Shown here piece by piece: positions 7,675 through 17,925 of a stretch of 18,142 nt of DNA. The notes under the pieces were generated by a model. It had not been told where the DNA came from, made no database searches, and saw nothing but the letters and a program-made list of their open reading frames with translations. Made by a program: the position numbers and the translations under genes. Source of the stretch: Gemmatimonadota bacterium (lineage in GTDB: Bacteria; Gemmatimonadota; Gemmatimonadetes; Gemmatimonadales; GWC2-71-9). The stretch's first letter is position 1. Each line of letters begins with the position of its first letter. The stretch is from the NCBI GenBank assembly GCA_039586365.1, contig JBDHKN010000090.1, positions 1 through 18,142 on the forward strand, read 5' to 3'.

Positions 7675-9030
7675 TCACGGGGGCGTTCTCGCACGGATCG
7701 ACACAGCCGCCGTCCAGATCTCGAAGGCTCCGTCACGTGCATCCGGCCACAGTACGTGGAAGCGCCCATCTGCGCCAGCGGCGAAGCCAAAATAGTCACC
7801 CCCGGTTGGCCATCGTCGGACCGGGAACTCACCCGCGCGAGAGGCGTCAGGGCAGGAGAGGTCCGTCGCAACCCGAACGGCGGGACCGAAGGTCAGCCCA
7901 CCATCAAGCGATGCAGCAAAATAGGGGGCGTAACATCGTCCGGACGGATCGTCCCGCCGGTCCATCCAAGCGACGCCAAGAACTCCCTGGCCGTTCACGG
8001 CAACCTGGGGCTCGGACCGCGAACCGGCCTCTGACGCTGGTGGCTCTATCGGCGTTGCGGCGGACCACACCTCACCATGATCGGTCGAATACATCAGCAG
8101 AACCGCCCGTTGCTCATCCGCTTCACAGACATGGTAGAGCCGGTCCTGGAAGGGGCCGCTCGACGTATCCGCCGCTAAGAAAGTCGGGCGATACCAGCAC
8201 TCCTCCGTGACGAGCAACGGAATTGAGAAGGACACGCCTTGATCCGAGGAGACCATGGCCCAGGTGCGGCGGCCCTGGAGCGCGCCGGCACGAGACCTGA
8301 ATCCCCCCTCGGGCACGGGGCGTTGGAAGTCGTAGTAAGTGATCAGGAGGGTACCGTCAGAGAGTACGGCCAGCCCGTCTGAGTTCAGGTTTAGGTTGCT
8401 CGGCAACACGCGAGGCAGGATGTCCACGTAAACCTGTCCTGGTCGTACGCGCCCCACAAACAAGGAGAACCGCATCCTCCCCGCTCCAGGACGCCATACT
8501 TGGCTTGACAGCACGTAGATCGTGCCGTCTGGGGCGGCGAGGGACCGCGGACCGTCATGCAGCCCGCCGAGCCCTTGCGGAACGTCGTGCCAGGTGTGCC
8601 CGGCGTCCCGAGAGAAGAATGCTAGGAGGTTGTTGGTCGAGTCCGGCAGACTAGGGTGGGTGCCGAGCGCCGTCAACACAGCGGTTCCCTGATTCGTTAG
8701 GGAGACCCAAGGGTCGCCGCACCCCACACTGACGAGGTCGCTGCGCGCCCAATTGCGTCCACCATCGGATGATCGGAACGTAGCGCAATGTTCCTCGGCC
8801 GAGGCCGGATCCGAGGCGAGGTGGACCCAGCCGACGGCCAACAAGTTGTTCGGATCGGATGGGTGCGTTGCGAGGTGTGGCTCGAGCATGACCTGTCCGT
8901 CCGGCTGACGGGCAACCAAGACGTTCTCACTAACGTCGTACGCCAACTCCTGGGCCGAGGCATCACACGGAGGAACTGCGACTACCGTAGTAACGAGCGC
9001 TACTTGCCAGAGAGTTGCTGACGATCTCAC
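7675..9030 (-). CDS. Secreted BNR/Asp-box repeat (sialidase-like beta-propeller) protein
   Basis: GGAGG RBS before GTG 9030; signal peptide ending ASA-Q; five Asp-boxes: SSDGGRNW, SRDAGHTW, SSDQGVSF, STDHGEVW, SLDGGLTF; C-terminal GDYFG motif. Confidence 0.85.
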   Translation of the reverse strand: MRSSATLWQVALVTTVVAVPPCDASAQELAYDVSENVLVARQPDGQVMLEPHLATHPSDPNNLLAVGWVHLASDPASAEEHCATFRSSDGGRNWARSDLVSVGCGDPWVSLTNQGTAVLTALGTHPSLPDSTNNLLAFFSRDAGHTWHDVPQGLGGLHDGPRSLAAPDGTIYVLSSQVWRPGAGRMRFSLFVGRVRPGQVYVDILPRVLPSNLNLNSDGLAVLSDGTLLITYYDFQRPVPEGGFRSRAGALQGRRTWAMVSSDQGVSFSIPLLVTEECWYRPTFLAADTSSGPFQDRLYHVCEADEQRAVLLMYSTDHGEVWSAATPIEPPASEAGSRSEPQVAVNGQGVLGVAWMDRRDDPSGRCYAPYFAASLDGGLTFGPAVRVATDLSCPDASRAGEFPVRRWPTGGDYFGFAAGADGRFHVLWPDARDGAFEIWTAAVSIRARTPP

Positions 9031-9409
9031 GGTGGCCTCCACGTCTTGGGTTGCTCAGCACTGTTGTGACGGTCGGGGACGGGGCTTTCCCTGTATCAGC
9101 AGGTTGGTCGAGTCTGCCTGGATGGCCAGCCTACCCAGAAGCGCGATCCACGATCCGGTTCGAAGGTCACACGCAGGTCTTACTCTCGCAATCCGAGATC
9201 AGGAGCCAGACGTGTCCCGGCGTTCAAGAGGCACGACGGATACGAGACGGCCTCGAGGGCTTCCACATAGCTATTGATGGACAGACCTGCCTATCCCGAT
9301 ATGAGCCTTCCTTGCAGCATATCCCGCTGCCCCACGTGGGACGTAAAGCTGCCGCCTAGTTTTGACTGTGGCTAGGGGTTCTCCGGTAGTCGACTACGTC
9401 TTCCGGGAA

Positions 9410-9438
9410 TTGATTTGCGATGTTCTTTTGCATACGCT
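9410..9438 (+). promoter_or_regulatory. Sigma70-like promoter
   Basis: TTGATT(9410-9415)-N17-TACGCT(9433-9438); ATG begins after 5 intervening nt. Confidence 0.5.
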
Positions 9439-9443
9439 ACACC

Positions 9444-9632
9444 ATGCGTACACGCTACCCGCTGGACCCACCACCGAAGGTCACCCGCCGTGAAGTGCAC
9501 ATATGGCTGTCCAACATCGAGAGCGAGATAGGTGACATCCTGCGTGCACCGGCAGACAAACTTCACGCCCGCCTGGTGGCTCTCCAGAGATGCGTTGGCC
9601 GGTGGCGTGACAGGCTGGGTGTTAAGCGGTAG
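9444..9632 (+). CDS. Small basic hypothetical protein (62 aa), possibly leaderless
   Basis: MRTRYPLDPPPKVTRREVHIWLSNIESEIGDILRAPADKLHARLVALQRCVGRWRDRLGVKR; amphipathic helical pattern; fits the gap and converges on the hydrolase stop without overlap. Confidence 0.5.
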   Translation: MRTRYPLDPPPKVTRREVHIWLSNIESEIGDILRAPADKLHARLVALQRCVGRWRDRLGVKR

Positions 9633-9655
9633 CCTCACGGGGCCGAACTGAGCCC

Positions 9656-10603
9656 TTATTGGCCCATCCACGCTAGCAGCTCGGAGTCGAAGAGTTCGGC
9701 CTCTTCGTATTGCGGAGTATGACCGCTCTCTTCGAACACCTGCACGGTGAGGTCCCGGAACATTGGCCGAACCGGTTCCCAACTGGATGGCGGTGCAATC
9801 AAGAAGTCGTAGCGTCCGAGTGCCAAGAACACCGGGCGGTCGAATGTGTCCAGGCCCTCGGTGATATCGATCTCGGCGAAGATCCTTCCCCACACGTGGC
9901 CGATCATGTCCATGTTCACTGAAACGCCTTCCCATAGCGGGGTGGAGTCGAAGTCCGGATCATACCAGATCTTCGGGGCGTCACGGATATAGCCCTTGAT
10001 GAATGCCTCACCGGGAGGCAGCTGTGCCAATTCTTCATCAGGCAGAGCGGCCACACGTTCATCCCAGACGGCTTTGCGTTCCGCGGACGCAAAATCCTCC
10101 CAGTATTGCTGCATCGCCTGCGTGTTCTCCGGCCCGAGGTCCGGCGCAATGCCGATCATGATGACGTGCGAGACGCTCGTTCGGTATTTCTTACCATACT
10201 CGAGCGCCATAAAAGCGTGGCCGGAGTGGCCAATCACTGCTACGCGACCCAATCCCAGCTCCTGCCTCAGCCGCTCCACATCGTCCAGCAATGTGTCGAG
10301 CGCGAAGGCGGAATTGTCCACTGGTCCAGGTGATGGGGCGAAGCCTCGATGATCCATGAACACCATGCGCAGGTGCGAACGCAAGTTTTCGGAGAACGCG
10401 CGCGGATAGTATAGGGAGCTGCCGATGACTATGGCCGGCGTGCCATTACCCTCAATGCGATAGGCAAGGTCGAAAGCCCCCGCTGCAATGGTGCCGGTCT
10501 GCACCTCCGCCACCTGCTCCTGCTCCGACTGTGAGCAAGCCCCAACGACGCACGTCAACACAAGCAATGAGAATCCGTACAGCAATTGACGGCTGTGCAT
10601 CAT
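9656..10603 (-). CDS. Alpha/beta hydrolase lipoprotein (proline iminopeptidase-like)
   Basis: GGGAGG RBS; lipobox VGAC; MDHRGF, nucleophile elbow GHSGH, acid GRYDF, catalytic His in FEESGHTPQYEE. Confidence 0.88.
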   Translation of the reverse strand: MMHSRQLLYGFSLLVLTCVVGACSQSEQEQVAEVQTGTIAAGAFDLAYRIEGNGTPAIVIGSSLYYPRAFSENLRSHLRMVFMDHRGFAPSPGPVDNSAFALDTLLDDVERLRQELGLGRVAVIGHSGHAFMALEYGKKYRTSVSHVIMIGIAPDLGPENTQAMQQYWEDFASAERKAVWDERVAALPDEELAQLPPGEAFIKGYIRDAPKIWYDPDFDSTPLWEGVSVNMDMIGHVWGRIFAEIDITEGLDTFDRPVFLALGRYDFLIAPPSSWEPVRPMFRDLTVQVFEESGHTPQYEEAELFDSELLAWMGQ

Positions 10604-10706
10604 GGTTCCACAGCCTCCCTTCGACATGAGTTCATGCGGTGAATCATGACAACTGGGCGCGAACGCTCGGAGGTCGACAGCGCAAAGATGTACATCGGTA
10701 CTAGCT

Positions 10707-10767
10707 ACTGCAACGTGGTGCGTCGCAGTGCTGGAAGGCCCCGAGCGCCGCGAGACACTCGGGGCTC
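10707..10767 (-). terminator. Tandem hairpins downstream of the beta-propeller gene
   Basis: Minus strand: GCCCCGAGTGTC-TCGC-GGCGCTCGGGGC (10738-10765), then ACTGCGACG-CACCA-CGTTGCAGT (10707-10729); U-tract weak. Confidence 0.55.
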
Positions 10768-10784
10768 CGTGAGAGGAGTCCGCC

Positions 10785-12083
10785 CTACTGTGTTATCCCC
10801 TCGATCTGCCACACCTCCACGAACGGCACGTCAAACTCTCCGCGCGTGAGCCCAGTCATGAACCATGCACCCGATGTGTCCTGAGTGAACGCATGGCGAT
10901 TGGGGGGAACTGGCAGTGGCGCAACACCGAGGTATCGCCCCTCACGGTCGAACACGTCCCACTCGTCCGCACCCGGGGGATGCTGGTCGAAGTAAAAGTT
11001 CGCGAACTCGCGCTCGCTCAACTCCCGGAGCGGGCGGATCCGTTGGACCAAGAGCGTCCCGGCCGGCCCGCAGACGAACCGAAGGTAGGCGGGGTAGGTG
11101 GACTCGAACCGGACCGCCGACTTGAACCATGCCGCGAACTGTGCCGCTTGATCCTCCTGCGCCAGCGCATCGACTCGCCTGAATAAGGCCGCCTCATCCT
11201 CTCCGGTGAGTGCCAGAGGCTCCCGGTCCAGTGTCGCGATCCGCTCGACGGCCCCATCCGCACGCTGCCACAGGAGACGGAATTCGTCACTGTGGCCCAT
11301 CACGATCATCCCATCACATAGTTCGTATGCCGGCGCCCCGCGATAGTAGTGGTGCCGCCGGGTGTCGCCTTCCCCGGTGACGAAGGCTATGGTGGGAATG
11401 CGGGCCAAGGTGTCGAGGAACGCACCGTAGAAGTCTCGCCGAACGAGGAGGTCAAACCGGGTGTCCGCCGGCGCTGCATCGGCCGGGAGTGGCCGAAGGA
11501 GCGAGACAATCTGGCCCGTGGTCGCATCGTCGTCCCAGCTGTGGATCCAGTAGCCATTGCTCGGCACCGTCGAGAAGCCGCCGAGCCATGTTCCGTCTGG
11601 CGCAATGCGGCTGGCCTGTTGGTTGCGGGTATCCACAGCGAGAATCGTATCCCCCGGTCCGAGCAGCAGATCGATGAAGCCGCCAAACTCCCCAGGACCT
11701 GCGCCCTCCCTGCCGAGCGTAGACAGGTGCACCCCCGCGGGGGAGAAGAAACGCGCGTTGTGGTACTGTTCATCGCCCACCACCACGCGGCCGTCGGACA
11801 GGATGACGAGGCCCGTGAGACTTCCGAACATGTACGTCGAGTCCCCATCGGCGACGCCGATCCGCAGCCGTTTAGTGAACGTCCACCCGTCACCCTCGCC
11901 CCACATCGGCGTACCGTGATTCTCCACGAGCACGACACCGGCGCTGTCGCGCATGGTGCCGTCCCAACTCACTGTCGCGTCACGCCGGCCGCTACACACG
12001 GCCACGATGAGCGGGAGCAGCAAGATCGACATGCCGACAATGACGCGAACGATGAGGTATCGCTGGAAACGGTATCGAGCCAT
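10785..12083 (-). CDS. 6-bladed beta-propeller (NHL/TolB-like) exported protein
   Basis: GGAGG RBS; hydrophobic N-terminus; RDSAGVVLVEN, LRIG..DG...YMFG, GREGAGPGEF and WDVFDREGRYLG motifs typical of this family. Confidence 0.85.
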   Translation of the reverse strand: MARYRFQRYLIVRVIVGMSILLLPLIVAVCSGRRDATVSWDGTMRDSAGVVLVENHGTPMWGEGDGWTFTKRLRIGVADGDSTYMFGSLTGLVILSDGRVVVGDEQYHNARFFSPAGVHLSTLGREGAGPGEFGGFIDLLLGPGDTILAVDTRNQQASRIAPDGTWLGGFSTVPSNGYWIHSWDDDATTGQIVSLLRPLPADAAPADTRFDLLVRRDFYGAFLDTLARIPTIAFVTGEGDTRRHHYYRGAPAYELCDGMIVMGHSDEFRLLWQRADGAVERIATLDREPLALTGEDEAALFRRVDALAQEDQAAQFAAWFKSAVRFESTYPAYLRFVCGPAGTLLVQRIRPLRELSEREFANFYFDQHPPGADEWDVFDREGRYLGVAPLPVPPNRHAFTQDTSGAWFMTGLTRGEFDVPFVEVWQIEGITQ

Positions 12084-12129
12084 CGAGGACCTCCCGGGCT
12101 AGTCGGCCCGCACTACCTGGTCATGCCGT

Positions 12130-12302
12130 GTCCAGCAGTCTCGTCGTCGGGCGGCCGTCCTACTGTGGCGTCTAATACGGCGTCCTACTACGGCGTCTAC
12201 TCAGACGGCGGGGCACACAAAAGGCCACCGGCGTACTGTCTCCATAGAACGGTGGCCTTGAGGGCAACACCATAGCTTGCAGCCAGGTACACGGGTCCGC
12301 AA
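12130..12302 (-). repeat. Conserved upstream element, copy 1 (promoter + hairpin + GACGCC array)
   Basis: About 85% identical by manual alignment to 13151-13313; TTGCGG-N17-CAAGCT; stem AAGGCCACC/GGTGGCCTT (12221-12259); GACGCC units at 12154 (GACGGC variant), 12167, 12179, 12192. Confidence 0.9.
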
Positions 12303-12449
12303 GGTCAAGCCAAGCCTACAAAGACAGCGGACGCAAACGGCCACGATAACGCGCTTGAGAGCGAAGACGGGGTAGGAGTAGGGTCGATGTCGGAAAGCCC
12401 ATTAATGCCCAGGTTAAGCAAATTGAGCAGTACTACTGGTAGGACACCC

Positions 12450-12527
12450 AAGCAAACGGGGCCGGACTCGTGCCCGGCCCCGCAACACGAAGCCCCGAGC
12501 GCCATCACGAGACGCCCGGGGGGGGCT
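12450..12527 (-). terminator. Tandem hairpins downstream of the small beta-barrel gene
   Basis: Minus strand: AGCCCC(CCCC)GGGCGTC-TCGTGAT-GGCGCTCGGGGCT (12491-12527), then CGGGGCCGGG-CACGAG-TCCGGCCCCG (12457-12482) followed by TTTGCTT. Confidence 0.65.
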
Positions 12528-12577
12528 CATTCGGGTGACCGATGCATTTGCCACCCAGTGTGGGATGTCTCCACTGA

Positions 12578-13111
12578 TCAGTGAGTGAACACGGAGAACC
12601 CGACCGTAGCAGCGATCCCGTTACTCGCGGCGAAGTCGTCGTTCTCAAATGAGTGCACAAAGCTTCCATCGAGGCGGATGGCTATCTGGTCTGCAACTGG
12701 CATCTTCACGCCAAAGCCACCTCCCGCGCCGAATTGTGACGCACTCTCTCCCCCACCTGTGATGAAGTTCAGGCCGGCCTGGGGCCGGAAATATGCCTGT
12801 GCTGTGCTGCGATCCGGGGTGAAGTGGAACAACCCGGATAGCGACAAGGAGATTGTGGCGATTGCCTCAGAGCCCTCTAACTTGAGGATGTTTATGGCTG
12901 TACTGGGTTCGATCGACACGTTGTTAGATACCATGAACCCGACCCGGAGACTTTGGATTGGTACCGAGAACGTTGTCAAGGTGCGGCCGTTGAAGTTGAG
13001 CCCGAGCCCCCCGTCAACCCCCAGTTCGACAGGCCGACGCTGAGCTGCGAGCAAGATCGGTATCAACAGAGTGACCCCAGCTGACGCAATGGTCCTAGTA
13101 CATGCACGCAT
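12578..13111 (-). CDS. Small outer membrane beta-barrel protein (177 aa)
   Basis: AGGAGG RBS before ATG 13111; signal peptide ending LAA-Q; strands VELGVDGGL, LRVGFMV, YFRPQAGLNF, QFGAGGGFGVK, IRLDGSF, VGFSVF. Confidence 0.82.
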   Translation of the reverse strand: MRACTRTIASAGVTLLIPILLAAQRRPVELGVDGGLGLNFNGRTLTTFSVPIQSLRVGFMVSNNVSIEPSTAINILKLEGSEAIATISLSLSGLFHFTPDRSTAQAYFRPQAGLNFITGGGESASQFGAGGGFGVKMPVADQIAIRLDGSFVHSFENDDFAASNGIAATVGFSVFTH

Positions 13112-13150
13112 TTTGTCCTCCTGTTGGAGCGTCACGAAATGAACCGGATG

Positions 13151-13319
13151 GTCCGGCAGCCTCGTCGTCGGGCGGGCGTCTTACAGGGCGTCTACAACGG
13201 CGTCCAGCTACGGCGTCTACTCAGGCGGCGGGGCACAAAAGGCCACCGGCGTACTGTCTCCATAGCAGGGTGGCCTTGAGGGCAGGTACTAGTATGAAGC
13301 GAGGTACATGGGTTGGCTA
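13151..13319 (-). repeat. Conserved upstream element, copy 2 (promoter + hairpin + GACGCC array)
   Basis: Direct repeat of 12130-12296; TAGCCA-N17-CATACT; stem 13239-13277; GACGCC units at 13175, 13187, 13199, 13212. Confidence 0.9.
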
Positions 13320-13338
13320 GGCTGGTAGAACCTCACTG

Positions 13339-13386
13339 TGTAGTATTGAAATAGAAATGTCCGGTTTGGTTGAAATAGAAATGTCC
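13339..13386. mobile_element. Orphan ISNCY/IS1202-type terminal repeat
   Basis: TGT terminus at 13339, then two exact 17-bp repeats TTGAAATAGAAATGTCC (13346-13362, 13370-13386); minus strand reads GHFYFNQTGHFYFNTT, like the recalled GHFYFxLT ends of these elements; no transposase in the window. Confidence 0.7.
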
Positions 13387-13441
13387 TCTTTCGGAGTTTG
13401 TTTGTTCCAGGTGGATCGGACGACTCTCTCCGGTCTGGATA

Positions 13442-13828
13442 GTGACTGCCGTAGCAGCCGTCATTGGTGTTGGCTGGCTGGTGGAGATCTCGCTGCGAGA
13501 CGTCTTGGACGGTGTGACGGGACTGCTGCGACTAATGCGCTTCGACGTTGACAGACATGTGCCTATCGGGCTGGTTGTCGCGGTCGTCTTGGCTGTATTC
13601 GGGCTAGTGATCGCTTGGCCATCCGCATACCGCAAGCTCAGGCGCTGGAGCCGGGTCATGACTGTGCTCAAGTGGGTGAAGGCCTGGTCGGGCTGGCTGT
13701 TGGTACCGATCTTCCTGCTTCCACTCTGGGTTGCGCTGATCGTTCCGCTCCTGGCGGCTTACAGTCACTGGTGCCACGCGCGTTCGTTCCTGCGGGCAAC
13801 CGCAGTACGTCATCACCATATGGATTGA
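13442..13828 (+). CDS. Hypothetical membrane protein, probably 5'-truncated
   Basis: About three hydrophobic segments; GTG start with no clear RBS; frame stays open and protein-like upstream (SRWIGRLSPVWI) back into the IS end. Confidence 0.45.
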   Translation: MTAVAAVIGVGWLVEISLRDVLDGVTGLLRLMRFDVDRHVPIGLVVAVVLAVFGLVIAWPSAYRKLRRWSRVMTVLKWVKAWSGWLLVPIFLLPLWVALIVPLLAAYSHWCHARSFLRATAVRHHHMD

Positions 13829-14152
13829 CCGGACGCTCGAGCAACACCGGGCCCGAGCTATTGCTGATGCCGCGTGCCCAACAGAGGCGCGTCGCACAGA
13901 ACCGAGAGAGCTGGCGCGGCGGTGGAATCCGTGCTTCGTTGCTGATTGTGGATGAGAGTGGTGGCGAAGAACCTTGTGAGGCATGGCGCTGCCCTACATG
14001 CGGGTTCGTCGCACTGCATGTGGGGCCGACCGAACAACCCAGCGAGTGTCAAGCAGTGGTACGCGGCGTTGGAATGCCGAGCCACTAAAGGGCCTGGCCT
14101 AAAAGGCTCTCTGGACTCCGCTACACCACGAACAGCTATGCCCCCAAATAGC

Positions 14153-14227
14153 TTATTTGTCGCTCATTCGTTGCCGCAACTCCCCGAGCCAGTTCACCAC
14201 CATGACCAACTCGGTGGCTGGCCCCCC
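14153..14227 (-). pseudogene. C-terminal remnant of a Ser/Thr kinase-PD40/TolB-like protein
   Basis: Manual translation GGPATELVMVVNWLGELRQRMSDK* resembles the recalled terminal ELxVVxNWxxEL motif of these proteins; starts right after the permease stop. Confidence 0.6.
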
Positions 14228-14228
14228 T

Positions 14229-16912
<2,684 letters not shown>

Positions 16913-16916
<4 letters not shown>

Positions 16917-17236
16917 ACCGGTTCCACCCCCTCCCACATGCGGAGGTGGGCCATGCGGGATGCCTTTAGGGCCTCCCAACCCTCAGGAGTCAGCTCGAAG
17001 AACCGCTTTCCCTTTCCACCCCTGGCAGGATCGTGGTCGGCCTTCCTCGACACGACGAGATTCTGATTCTCCAGTCTCACCAGGGTCACGTGCACGGTGC
17101 TCACCGACACCTCCCGCCCCGAGACGTTGAGAAGCTCGTCCTGGATCGCGTTGCCGAATGCCTGATCGCCGAGACGCGCCACGGCCAGCATCGTCAACTG
17201 CTGGAGGTCGCCCAAGTGGATGCGTTTGTCTTTCAT
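16913..17236 (-). CDS. PadR-family transcriptional regulator (107 aa)
   Basis: LGDLQQLTMLAVARLG..AFG..I...L....GREVS...VHVTL.RLE....V.S......RGGK.KRFFELT.EG. Confidence 0.92.
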
Positions 17237-17276
17237 CTCGTCCCGCTCACGTGGATTCGAGGAAGCTCGCACACCG

Positions 17277-17306
17277 CAATATGACATTGTCACATTGTGT
17301 TCGCAA
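17277..17306 (-). promoter_or_regulatory. Sigma70 promoter with overlapping palindromic operator for the leftward padR
   Basis: Minus strand TTGCGA-N17-CATATT (17306-17278); palindrome CAATATGACA-T-TGTCACATTG (17277-17297, one mismatch) covers the spacer and -10. Confidence 0.7.
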
Positions 17307-17525
17307 GGGAGAAGGAACTGGAGACCTCAGCTCGTTCGGAACCTGCTGGGCACAGTAGTCGGAGGCGGGAAAGGCTTCTTTCGGAGGGACCCGTGAGCAA
17401 ACTGCTCTCCACCTATGTCCACGTTGGATTGAGTCTCTTCTCCCTCGTGCCGCGAGTGGAGTGTGCCTGGGAGGCCATGTAAAACGACAGGTGGGGGACA
17501 TCAGCCTCCTGAAACCTATTATTAA

Positions 17526-17538
17526 TACTAACGTAGTA
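17526..17538 (+). promoter_or_regulatory. Palindromic operator upstream of the rightward padR
   Basis: TACTA-ACG-TAGTA perfect inverted repeat in an AT-rich patch 45 nt before the ATG at 17584. Confidence 0.55.
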
Positions 17539-17583
17539 AAAATCATATTAGCAGTAATCATCCGTGATCGACGTGGAGAGCCG

Positions 17584-17925
17584 ATGACCGAGCTGCGCCT
17601 ACGGGAGTTTGAGGAGCTGGTCCTGCTGAGTGTGCGGATGGAGGGGGATGACGCCTGTGGAGTGACGATCCAGCAGGTGCTCGACCAACAGGCCGGAAGG
17701 GCCGTGTCGCTCGGCGCCATCTACACGGCGCTGGACCGCCTGGCCCGGAAGGGATTGGTGGAGTCGTGGTTGGGTGAGCCCACTCCCGTGCGAGGGGGCC
17801 GCCGTAAACGGCACTACAGGATTACTCCGGCAGGCCTGGAGCTACTCACCGAGGTGCGGCGGACACGCGAGCGGATGTGGCGGAAAGCCGGCCTGAGTGA
17901 TGTGAAGCAGGAGGCCACGGGATGA
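17584..17925 (+). CDS. PadR-family transcriptional regulator (113 aa)
   Basis: GGAG RBS; EFEELVLL.V.....ACGVTI...L....GR.VSLGAIYTALDRL.RKGLVES..GEPTP.RGGRRKR.Y.IT.AG. Confidence 0.93.
   Translation: MTELRLREFEELVLLSVRMEGDDACGVTIQQVLDQQAGRAVSLGAIYTALDRLARKGLVESWLGEPTPVRGGRRKRHYRITPAGLELLTEVRRTRERMWRKAGLSDVKQEATG

Noticed and set aside
9043..9409. ORFs 9015..9359 and 9032..9277
   Set aside because: No recognisable motifs or RBS; minus frames contain stops
12305..12508. 67-aa minus-strand ORF
   Set aside because: Starts inside terminator hairpins, has no RBS and no family motif
12154..13217. CRISPR array or integron attC interpretation of the repeats
   Set aside because: Repeat units are 6 bp with 6-7 bp spacers; no cas genes, no RYYYAAC...GTTRRRY cores, no integrase
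13192..13263. Leader peptide METVRRWPFV... inside the repeated element (minus strand)
   Set aside because: A 2-nt indel between copies changes frame and length (23 vs 14 aa) and there is no RBS; conservation is better explained by the hairpin
13333..13671. 112-aa minus-strand ORF ending in GHFYF repeats as a transposase
   Set aside because: Only the IS end itself gives that motif; the rest is antisense to the membrane ORF and has no DDE features
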